A stretch of DNA of 64,000 bases from a virus (lineage: Duplodnaviria; Caudoviricetes), in IMG/VR virus record IMGVR_UViG_3300042691_019112, positions 1,197-65,196 of that record; one strand, written 5' to 3'. The position numbers and the translations under genes are program-made. This document shows, piece by piece, positions 55,906-64,000 of this stretch. Below the pieces are notes generated by a model, which was not told the origin of the DNA, did no database searches, and saw nothing but the letters and a program-made list of their open reading frames with translations. Positions within the stretch are counted from its first letter, which is position 1, and each line of letters starts with the position of its first letter.

Positions 55906-58125
55906 TTAATTGCCCTTGTTTATGTTAGCGTTAGCCTTCTGCTCTGCTTGCATCGCTTTTATCTGTAACTCCATGCGTCGAAGCTGGGTATCTATCTCCG
56001 CCTGTGTAGCTTTCAGCCTGATGTCGTTAGCGGAACGCTGCCCTTGTGCCTCAATCCTTTCACGCTGCATCTCTTTCTTGGTGTTGTCCTGCATCTCGGC
56101 AATCTGTGCCTTCTGACTGATAGCCTCCTGCTCCATAGCTGTCTGCTCTTGTGCCGCCTGTGCCGCCATAGCTTCTTTCCGCTCCATAAGCACCATATAC
56201 TTCTTTACACCCTCTCTTACGTCGTTGGTGTTGATAAGCATCATGTACTCTGGACCCGTCAACTGCCCTGACTGCCATGCAGATGCAAGCACCCCTTGGA
56301 ACTGCTGCATATTCCATGCGAACTCCGGCCTTGTTTCCACATAGATAGCGTAATCCTGTAAGCGCATATCTTCATCCGCAAACAGTATGTCCACGCCCAT
56401 ATTGCCTATGATATTCGCGTACTTCTCTTTATTGAAAGGCCACGTAACCTTGATAGCCTCCGCGTGCCGTTGCCACATCGCATTCTCGAACTCATTGAAG
56501 GTTATCATCAAGCCTTCTGTCATAAACGAACTTTGGCTTATAGCCGCTTGTGTCACACCTACCAAACTCGATGCCTTCTGAAAGCCCGAACGTGCATTGT
56601 TTATACCCGTAATCTCTTGCGCCTGACCATCTACGTAGTTGGCAAGCTCGATATACGTGTTGATAGCCGACGTTAGCGACGTGTCAAAAGGTGTAAACAT
56701 ATTGCTGCCAACAGGCGCATCGTTACCCTCCGCAGCCGTGGAGTTGATAAAGGCGATACCTGCCGTCTTAAGGTAGTACAACACATCATCCAAAGCAAGG
56801 TTGCTGGGCTTGTATCTTAGGTCATAGGTAAATCCCTTACGTCCTGCCGTAGAAATCTCCACCTCAATGCGGTACATGAGCAAGTCCTTAAACTCCTGCA
56901 ATGATTCAATCTCTTGTGACTTAGATACCGTCTTGAAGTTGATATACGCATGGCTCACCACGGTATAGCTAAAGCGCGAAGCGGAAGGATTGTCAATACT
57001 GCGAGGTTGGTTAGGCACTTCGCCCCAATTCTTGACTATACCGCCACCGATAAGTGTGCCACGACGTATGTTCTCGATATGCACCTCTTTAATCTTGGCT
57101 GTGCCATCTTCCAACTGACGCTTGCGCACCTTATCCTCCTCATTAAGCATCTTGATATGCTTGTTGCCGTACTTGTCGGTACTCTCCATGACCCTCACCT
57201 GCTTGGTGTCGCGCCACTCCGCATTCACCACCAACACGTGCTGCACGTTGTTGATAAGGTTGAAAGGCTCTAAGTACAGTAAGTTGTTGTAGTTAGCACC
57301 GAACCACACCTGCATAGGCGCACCTGCCCTCGCCACCTCCTGTATCTCCTCGGTCGTAAGCCCGTACATCTCCGCAGCCTTAGCAACCGGATAATACTGC
57401 CAATCGCCAATGAATTGCGCATTGGACATCATATCGTCGAAGCTGATAGGGTCGATGATAGTCTGTCGTGGGTCTATAACCCTCGTTTCAGGTATGCCAT
57501 TGATAACGTCACACTTAGTCACTATCCTTCCCGAAATAAACAGGTCGCGAAGCATACGCATACGCATCATCTTGTAACGCATACGCAAGGCATCACTCTT
57601 CAAACAAGCCAACATCACTTCTTCCAAGTTCTCCTTGTACTTGTTCTTCATGTAGTAGTTCAGCTCCTCTTCATCCCTCGGAAGGTCTTTAGGGAAGGTG
57701 ACATTCATAGCCTCGGCATCCAAAGTACCCTCTTCGTACAGGTCGCGCATATACATGGCTGCCGCTACTTGCGCCCTCGCCATCATCTTGCGCGTTACCG
57801 CATCCCTGCCCACCGTTTGGCAGCTAAAGTCATAACCCCTCGTCATGGCCTCCCCTACCAACAGTTCCACCTTGTTGCGAATCATGTTGTAGTTGCGCCA
57901 CTTAGCAGGTAACGACTTGCCGTCATTAGTGCCTTGCAGATACGGGTACTTGTCCGCTATGCTGTAATCGCTGTTGTAGAAGTCATACGACGCAGACATA
58001 GCCGTATAAGAGTTGGGAATGTAACCCGTGACTATCGCCCGATACAATATGGCATTGAGCCAGTTCTTGTGGTACGTTTCGTCCTTTTGGTTTTCGGGTA
58101 TAAGTATATTGGGTACAACCTGCAT
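55906..58125 (-). CDS. portal protein (crAss-like)
   Basis: 739 aa; IPE..KD..Y, N.IRNKVELLVGE, EITGI..AR.G; follows the terminase. Confidence 0.85.
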   Translation of the reverse strand: MQVVPNILIPENQKDETYHKNWLNAILYRAIVTGYIPNSYTAMSASYDFYNSDYSIADKYPYLQGTNDGKSLPAKWRNYNMIRNKVELLVGEAMTRGYDFSCQTVGRDAVTRKMMARAQVAAAMYMRDLYEEGTLDAEAMNVTFPKDLPRDEEELNYYMKNKYKENLEEVMLACLKSDALRMRYKMMRMRMLRDLFISGRIVTKCDVINGIPETRVIDPRQTIIDPISFDDMMSNAQFIGDWQYYPVAKAAEMYGLTTEEIQEVARAGAPMQVWFGANYNNLLYLEPFNLINNVQHVLVVNAEWRDTKQVRVMESTDKYGNKHIKMLNEEDKVRKRQLEDGTAKIKEVHIENIRRGTLIGGGIVKNWGEVPNQPRSIDNPSASRFSYTVVSHAYINFKTVSKSQEIESLQEFKDLLMYRIEVEISTAGRKGFTYDLRYKPSNLALDDVLYYLKTAGIAFINSTAAEGNDAPVGSNMFTPFDTSLTSAINTYIELANYVDGQAQEITGINNARSGFQKASSLVGVTQAAISQSSFMTEGLMITFNEFENAMWQRHAEAIKVTWPFNKEKYANIIGNMGVDILFADEDMRLQDYAIYVETRPEFAWNMQQFQGVLASAWQSGQLTGPEYMMLINTNDVREGVKKYMVLMERKEAMAAQAAQEQTAMEQEAISQKAQIAEMQDNTKKEMQRERIEAQGQRSANDIRLKATQAEIDTQLRRMELQIKAMQAEQKANANINKGN

Positions 58126-58149
58126 GGCTATCTGTTAACTATTGCAAAA

Positions 58150-60075
58150 CTAAATGATTTTACCATTGCTTATGTTGGTAACTTGTGGACGCTGCGTCCT
58201 ATATGTTATCGCCTCAAACTCTTTTTTGAGCTTTTCATCCGATTTATCGTCCGCCTTCTTATTAACCCTATTCAATACCCTCACATGATAAAGCGTAGCC
58301 ATATAGGCATCCACCCTATCATACTTGCGCTTTTTGTCTTTAGGGTCGTAGTGTAGGCAGTCCACCAACAATTCAGGGTAGTAGTTCTCGTTGATGTTGT
58401 AGTCTATATCCTGCTCCACCAAGTCCATCTGCTCATTCATGATACCATCATCGCGGTAAAAGCCGTACTCCACCACGGTAGTAGTCCTAACAACCTTTAA
58501 AACCCCTGCCTTCTGTGGCTTCGTCTTCATAAGATGCAGCAACCCCTGCGCCTGAAACCAGCTTATCATGCCTCGCCTGTTACTCTCAATAAGCGTCTTA
58601 GCCTTGTTGTAGTACACGCACATCATGGCACATTGAGCATAAGCCTCCTCTATCACTTCGGGCTTACCGTAAAACTCGCATACGATACCGTTACCCACCT
58701 CGCTCTCCCTGCCAAACTCATTGCCTACCTTTCTCATGTACTGCACGAGTTTAGACGACCGCTTGAGGTCTGCCGAACCGTCGGTAGGGTCGGCACCTGC
58801 CACATAGTGACTACCATTCTTTACAGGTTCTAACATGAGTATAGAGCCTCGGTCGTCGGGAATAAAGCGAACGCTTTCGCCCGGTATCACCCACTCGAAC
58901 TTACCTCGCACCCTCCTATCGTTAGACTGCTCCAAGTCGCGCAACCTCGCATTGATAGCCACGGTATCCCACCTGCTGCCTGTACCTCGGATAAACGCTT
59001 CGTCGGGTGTTAGTGGGTACTGAATGATGAAGTCGTAATACGCCTTAGACGAAATACGCATCTTCTTCTCTCGCTCATTGAGGATATACTTCAACGCCTC
59101 TACGATATTCTCATTGCCTAACTCGTCAACCCTAAAGCCTGACCATCCAGCAGCGAAGTACCGCACAAAGTCGTAGGCATCTGCGTTATCCCAAATGTTC
59201 TTGTAATCCTCGCCCACCGCGTCCATATCTCCGGCAGTACCTTCTAACAACGGCACGCCCACCCTCGTCAAACCATCTTGGCCGTTGCAAGCAGGAAGGA
59301 TATAGTTGAGTAGCTGCTCTAACTTCTGCGTCTTCCCTGCCTCGTTCACCACAAACAGCTTCAAGCCCGTTCCTTCCAATGCAGCAGGTACGGGTGCTCT
59401 AGCTAAGATGATAGACGTGTTACCCTTCTTGATGGTGTTGCCATCTTTGTCTTTGACCTTCCTTCCGAAAGCAAGGACGTTCTCCGCATTGCTGATACCC
59501 GACCGTAATCGTAAGAACTGTGGCAAACCACTATATCCAAACTTGAGTTTGTCGGAAAGAAAGCTGACGGCATCATCTTCCGTCTTAGAGGTGAGACCAA
59601 TCTCGCAATGTGGGTTTCTTGCAGCCGTGTTGTACGCAAGGTTGCACATGATATAGGTCTTACCCCAACGTCTCCTTCCCATAAGCACTAAGCCTTTGCC
59701 TGTGTTGTCGGGGTAGAAGTCGTTAGCACCGTACATACACGATTCAAACAAAGCGTAGAAGTCGTTGTGCGCCCTCCTGTATTCGGGCATGATACGACCG
59801 CCTTGCACCGACTTGATAGGCCAGTAGTTGTAGTATTGGTACATACTACCCACCATACCATTAAAGCCTTCGCTGCACCTTCTTACCTCTTCATCTTCCC
59901 ACCTACGCCTCTCCGTTTCCGTCTTAAAGACAGGCATACTCTTCATGCGCATAGGCTTCACCGTGTTCATGGTGACATGGCCTATCGCCTTGAGGTACTT
60001 GTTTATTTCGGGGTCTGTCTCTATCGTGTTGGATAATATAGCCTCCGATAAAGTCTCTTTCTTGGTTTTAGCCAT
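58150..60075 (-). CDS. terL: terminase large subunit
   Basis: GRRRWGKT Walker A, VVNEAG, GTAG, QYP..P.EAF, AGADP, IESN, DRVDA. Confidence 0.9.
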   Translation of the reverse strand: MAKTKKETLSEAILSNTIETDPEINKYLKAIGHVTMNTVKPMRMKSMPVFKTETERRRWEDEEVRRCSEGFNGMVGSMYQYYNYWPIKSVQGGRIMPEYRRAHNDFYALFESCMYGANDFYPDNTGKGLVLMGRRRWGKTYIMCNLAYNTAARNPHCEIGLTSKTEDDAVSFLSDKLKFGYSGLPQFLRLRSGISNAENVLAFGRKVKDKDGNTIKKGNTSIILARAPVPAALEGTGLKLFVVNEAGKTQKLEQLLNYILPACNGQDGLTRVGVPLLEGTAGDMDAVGEDYKNIWDNADAYDFVRYFAAGWSGFRVDELGNENIVEALKYILNEREKKMRISSKAYYDFIIQYPLTPDEAFIRGTGSRWDTVAINARLRDLEQSNDRRVRGKFEWVIPGESVRFIPDDRGSILMLEPVKNGSHYVAGADPTDGSADLKRSSKLVQYMRKVGNEFGRESEVGNGIVCEFYGKPEVIEEAYAQCAMMCVYYNKAKTLIESNRRGMISWFQAQGLLHLMKTKPQKAGVLKVVRTTTVVEYGFYRDDGIMNEQMDLVEQDIDYNINENYYPELLVDCLHYDPKDKKRKYDRVDAYMATLYHVRVLNRVNKKADDKSDEKLKKEFEAITYRTQRPQVTNISNGKII

Positions 60076-60619
60076 TGCGTTTGTTTGACCTCTCCCATGC
60101 AGATTCTTCCTCGGCATCTTCATCTGCCGACATACCACCGCTAAATTCCACGCCTAACTTCTCGTCGATAAGGTCTTCTAACACCCTTCTCTCTTTAGCA
60201 AGCATGGTTAATGACTTGGCTAAGTCGCCTATATCCTTAGCGGAGGTCGTTTCGTCGAGGTTGTTAAGCCTATCCCTGATAACCCCTTCGCCCGACTTGA
60301 TAGCCGATAAAGAAGCCTCTTCCGATTCGATGCCTTGCAAGCCTTTGTACTTCTCTATGTAGTCTTCGACCTTAGAAGCCCTACCGTTAAGTATGGCCTC
60401 CCCTTCTTTGGTGAATAGTCCACCTTTGGGTGCGAAGCCTGCTGCCATGAGTGCGCGTTCCCGCCTTTCGTAGTTGTCGAGCTTGCGGTATGGGCTGCGC
60501 CAGTCCGAATACAGAGCCACAAACTTCATCGTAGCGGACGAAGCCCCTGCAAACTCCTTCATGATACGCGCATGAGGGTTGTCTTCAAAGAAGTCCCTGT
60601 CCGATACCACAAACAGCAT
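60068..60619 (-). CDS. putative terminase small subunit
   Basis: Immediately upstream of terL; D..SPY motif, helical C-terminus. Confidence 0.5.
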   Translation of the reverse strand: MLFVVSDRDFFEDNPHARIMKEFAGASSATMKFVALYSDWRSPYRKLDNYERRERALMAAGFAPKGGLFTKEGEAILNGRASKVEDYIEKYKGLQGIESEEASLSAIKSGEGVIRDRLNNLDETTSAKDIGDLAKSLTMLAKERRVLEDLIDEKLGVEFSGGMSADEDAEEESAWERSNKRNG

Positions 60620-60828
60620 TATTCGGCTTGTTTAAGTATTTCTTCCGATATGGTAGGTGTGTCCACCTCGTCGCCTTGGATAGTGTTTAGCTTGGTTAAA
60701 GTGCTTGTGAGGACAAGGAGAAGTTCTGTGCCTTGGTCTGCACCCACCATCTTGATAGTAGCGTTGAGGGCGTTGAGGATAGCCACGTGTTCCTGTTCGG
60801 AAAGTGGCGGGTAATGGTACTGTTTCAT
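60619..60828 (-). CDS. hypothetical protein
   Basis: 69-aa coupled ORF. Confidence 0.55.
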   Translation of the reverse strand: MKQYHYPPLSEQEHVAILNALNATIKMVGADQGTELLLVLTSTLTKLNTIQGDEVDTPTISEEILKQAE

Positions 60829-61328
60829 ATTCTACGTCGTGTTGTATTCTTTGCTTCTATGGCCGCTAATATGGCCTTTACGTCGGCTTTAACCTCGTAG
60901 GTAGCCTCTTGTATGCGGTTTATAGCCTCCCCCTGTCGAAGTATGGCTTCTTCATTCTTTTCCATCCTGTCTTCCAACGCCATAAACTTCTCCACGAATA
61001 CCGCATTCTTATTCGCATATTCCTTGATGTTGTTGTTGGTATGCTCTACGTTCTTGTTGAGGTTGTCGATAGCGGCATCAAGTCTTCGACTGTCGCTCTT
61101 GATAAGCTCCATTTGAGCGGTAGCCCTCTCATGACCTAACATAGCCTCGTTTAGCTTGTTTGTAAGCATCTCTGTCTTCTTTTCAAATTCTTCCTTGGGA
61201 ACAAACTTGGAGCGAATAACAAAAAGAATGATAGCAAACACCCCACTTATAAAGCCCCCTATGGCCATGATAGACCCTGTGAGCTTTTCTAACTGGTATA
61301 GCTGTTCCCCCAAGTTCTGCTGTGGCAT
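60825..61328 (-). CDS. membrane-anchored coiled-coil protein
   Basis: One N-terminal hydrophobic helix then heptad repeats. Confidence 0.65.
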   Translation of the reverse strand: MPQQNLGEQLYQLEKLTGSIMAIGGFISGVFAIILFVIRSKFVPKEEFEKKTEMLTNKLNEAMLGHERATAQMELIKSDSRRLDAAIDNLNKNVEHTNNNIKEYANKNAVFVEKFMALEDRMEKNEEAILRQGEAINRIQEATYEVKADVKAILAAIEAKNTTRRRI

Positions 61329-61331
61329 CCA

Positions 61332-61682
61332 TCATTCGTTAAGGTCAACTATACTAAATTCGGCATTAGGGTTAAGCTGCTTGAGGTACAGTATAGCCGA
61401 ATCATGGCAAGCCCTCAATAACAAAGGATTGTCGATAGCCATAGGTATATCCGCAACCCAAAATGAAACCTCTTGCGTCAGGTCATCTCTTACAGGTGTC
61501 ATAGAAGCCTTAAACAAACGCTTCTCTATTACCGCCCCTGTAATAAGAAAGTACTTACAGTCGGTGATACGCCCTTCTTCGAGGCGCGTAAAGTCAGATG
61601 TGGTGATTATCGCCATCAGATGTGTATTAAATAGTTGAAGGTTATCTGTATCTGTAATCCTGTACTTGTCAGGTCTGCCCAC
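61332..61682 (-). CDS. hypothetical protein
   Basis: Likely start MAIIT within this ORF. Confidence 0.55.
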   Translation of the reverse strand: MGRPDKYRITDTDNLQLFNTHLMAIITTSDFTRLEEGRITDCKYFLITGAVIEKRLFKASMTPVRDDLTQEVSFWVADIPMAIDNPLLLRACHDSAILYLKQLNPNAEFSIVDLNE

Positions 61683-62029
61683 GTTAAGATATTACCATTA
61701 GACTTACACGGTATTATCCTGTTGGTATTGTCAAACATGAACTTATCTGCTTGTAAGCTGTCATTAACCAAGCACATTCCAGCCATAGCTTGCGTGTTGG
61801 TGTTTCCTGCAACAGGCGTAAACCCTCCTGCGATAACAGGGGCAGATAACAACACATTGCCTGTGCCTGCTGTCCATCCTGTGTTAACAACCATATACAA
61901 GTTGACTGCAAGTAGGTTTTGGCCTATACGTATTACCCTACCCACCCTCTGAAAATACGATACCGTAGGGTTTGTCGTTGAACCTAACAAATCAGGTGTC
62001 CATGTTAAAACGCTTCCTATCTCTCTCAT
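61616..62029 (-). CDS. tail-fibre-associated beta-sandwich protein
   Basis: G.WTP...GR..RIG pattern of fibre tip domains. Confidence 0.6.
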   Translation of the reverse strand: MREIGSVLTWTPDLLGSTTNPTVSYFQRVGRVIRIGQNLLAVNLYMVVNTGWTAGTGNVLLSAPVIAGGFTPVAGNTNTQAMAGMCLVNDSLQADKFMFDNTNRIIPCKSNGNILTWADLTSTGLQIQITFNYLIHI

Positions 62030-62030
62030 T

Positions 62031-63761
62031 TTATATCGTCCTCCATGTTGCTCCTACGTTATCCCACTCTAACCACACGCTCATGCTTCCAAACAGGCTG
62101 TAATTCAAAACACCATCAATAGTGCCGGATATAGTTACCGTATTAGTGCTTGTGTCAATCCTCTTGATGACATACACCCTACTTACCGTAGCGGTCAACG
62201 TAGGTAATGTAATCGTGATATTACCCGACGTAGCATCTACATTCACAATGCTATCGGTGCTATCCAACGTCCTGTTAGCTGTAATGTTCCTTCTTGCCCA
62301 GTCTTGGCTGCCATTGAAGATAACCCTACCACTTTCAACCTCTATCGCCCTAAAATCTCCATTGGTAACAGTAGGGTTAACACGTAGTCCCCACACCGTG
62401 TTAGTACCATTGGTGACAACAGTACCACCAAGCCTAAGTATAGCATAAGCACGGTTGAAAGAAGCGTTAGTGAACGATGGACTTATTAGCATCATCCCTT
62501 GGTTATCGCTATCTACTGCCGTAACTGCAACAGAGTTGAACAAGAAGTCGGCAGCAGCCTGACCACCAATCTGCCTTTTTTGGAAGTTTAACACCATCCC
62601 TGCCGATGGGCTGATAGCACCAGCAGCAGTAACAGGTCTTATAGAACCGCCAAATCCAGTAGGACCAAAAATAACCTCACCATCATTCCTGACAGAGAAA
62701 ATCCTGTTTGTACTGTTGTTTGCCGCAAAACAGAAGGCCGAACTTGCGGTGTTTATACCAAAAGTGTTAAGTGCTATATTGGTAGTTGGAACACCTCCGA
62801 TGCCCACACCACCGTCGTTACCTATCTGTATCCTTGCAATGTTGTTAGTAAGGATATTGAGCTGATGGAAGTCCGTAAGTCCAATGCTTGCCGTCCCTCC
62901 AAAAGCGTTACCGCCATTCCTGAAATACCTCGCATCGTATGTGGTATTACCGTTAGTCCACACCACCGTAGGGTTAGGATAAGAGCCACTCAAGTCGCCA
63001 CCAGCAGCACCACTCGGTGGTAATGATGTAGGAAAAGTCGCTAATGAGCCATCGCCCCTGATATACTGCGAGATAGTACCCGTAGGGCTGTTAAACTTAG
63101 CATTTAAAGCGTTCTGTAAGTCCGTTTGGTCACTCAAAGTACCCGTTATACTCCCCCAAGTAGTAGGCAACACCGTAGGAAAAGTCGCCAACGAACCATC
63201 GCCTCTAACATATTCTAAGTTAGTACCTGCAAAGCCGATGTTAACACCGCTCCCTATAACCGCCCCTATACCACCCGTGATATTCAAAGCAGCAGCAAGA
63301 GAGCCGATATTGCCAAAAGTCAACGCATTCTGCTTGTTGTTAAACGTAGTCCAGTCCGCACTTGTAAGAAGCCCTCTGTTAACACCCGAAGCACTTGGGA
63401 TATTGAAAGTATGCACCGACCCAACGGAACTGATACCGAAATCTGTACCTCCAGTTCCCGTAGCAAAGGACTGAACGACGGCAGTAAGGCCGTTAAGCGA
63501 GTTGATACCTCCGCCCACCAAAGTAATAGGAACCCATTGACTGCCATTCCATACAGGCACTTGGTTTACCGACGCTCCCGACTGCGTAATCTGCGCAAGC
63601 GAAATGACATAAGGAAAGGGCGCGGACATCTGGTCTATAAGGTTCTGATTGAACCGAATAGAAAAGCCCGGCTGTACAGGACTGCGAGGTATAACGGGGT
63701 TAGGTACGTTAACCTGCGTTTCGGTGCTGTCTAAGCGGATAGGGAAGGTCGGTGATGCCAT
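62031..63761 (-). CDS. tail fibre protein
   Basis: WNGSQWVP, DWTTFNNKQNAL, repeated RGDGSLATFPT, AGGDLSGSYPNPTV, ITITLP. Confidence 0.85.
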   Translation of the reverse strand: MASPTFPIRLDSTETQVNVPNPVIPRSPVQPGFSIRFNQNLIDQMSAPFPYVISLAQITQSGASVNQVPVWNGSQWVPITLVGGGINSLNGLTAVVQSFATGTGGTDFGISSVGSVHTFNIPSASGVNRGLLTSADWTTFNNKQNALTFGNIGSLAAALNITGGIGAVIGSGVNIGFAGTNLEYVRGDGSLATFPTVLPTTWGSITGTLSDQTDLQNALNAKFNSPTGTISQYIRGDGSLATFPTSLPPSGAAGGDLSGSYPNPTVVWTNGNTTYDARYFRNGGNAFGGTASIGLTDFHQLNILTNNIARIQIGNDGGVGIGGVPTTNIALNTFGINTASSAFCFAANNSTNRIFSVRNDGEVIFGPTGFGGSIRPVTAAGAISPSAGMVLNFQKRQIGGQAAADFLFNSVAVTAVDSDNQGMMLISPSFTNASFNRAYAILRLGGTVVTNGTNTVWGLRVNPTVTNGDFRAIEVESGRVIFNGSQDWARRNITANRTLDSTDSIVNVDATSGNITITLPTLTATVSRVYVIKRIDTSTNTVTISGTIDGVLNYSLFGSMSVWLEWDNVGATWRTI

Positions 63762-64000
63762 TACTTAAAGTCTAATACAAAGCCTAAGTCCTTCCATTGT
63801 ACGAAATCCCTTGTAGGAGAGAATACAGGTGGTGGCGTAAGCGTATCTGTGAGGCTGATGATAACCCTACACGTCAACTGCCCTTTCGGCCATGAAGCCG
63901 TTTGTGCTGCGGTAGGGTTCACAAAGCACTCATTGGCTTCCGTTCCTGCATTTATTAACCCATACGTTCCTGCGGTATTCTTACCCCACGAACCTTGTAA
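63761..64000 (-). CDS. 3' part of a structural protein (runs off the window)
   Basis: Open frame from 64000 to TAA at 63761, coupled to the fibre gene start. Confidence 0.6.
   Translation of the reverse strand, partial: LQGSWGKNTAGTYGLINAGTEANECFVNPTAAQTASWPKGQLTCRVIISLTDTLTPPPVFSPTRDFVQWKDLGFVLDFK

Overview
A 64-kb segment of a tailed phage genome, most likely infecting Bacteroidota (many TAnnTTTG -7 promoters, A-rich starts without Shine-Dalgarno, standard genetic code). Left part (1-28.6 kb): small early and accessory genes, a 1.1-kb skewed non-coding region, RNase HI, ERF plus RecE-like recombination genes, SSBs, a lambda-O-like initiator with 12-bp repeats, two DNA methyltransferases and a holin-amidase-spanin block. 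Right part (28.7-64 kb, minus strand): a crAss-like podovirus morphogenesis module (terminase, portal, scaffold, major capsid, ring and muzzle proteins, tail fibre) and giant ejected proteins. No RNA polymerase, DNA polymerase or integrase is visible. Highlights: (1) integron-like gene cassettes bounded by 15-bp GTT...AAC inverted repeats, with one intact attC-like hairpin, one cassette present twice, and ORFs whose N-termini lie outside the cassette; (2) two small basic genes overprinted inside the giant virion protein genes, one at the edge of an ADP-ribosyltransferase/metallopeptidase module bounded by a 19-bp direct repeat; (3) a two-frame C5 methyltransferase; (4) a ~60-aa domain in five copies; (5) apparently leaderless promoters throughout; (6) a tRNA-like RNA with an aberrant anticodon region. 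All family assignments are by motif recognition only; no searches were run.
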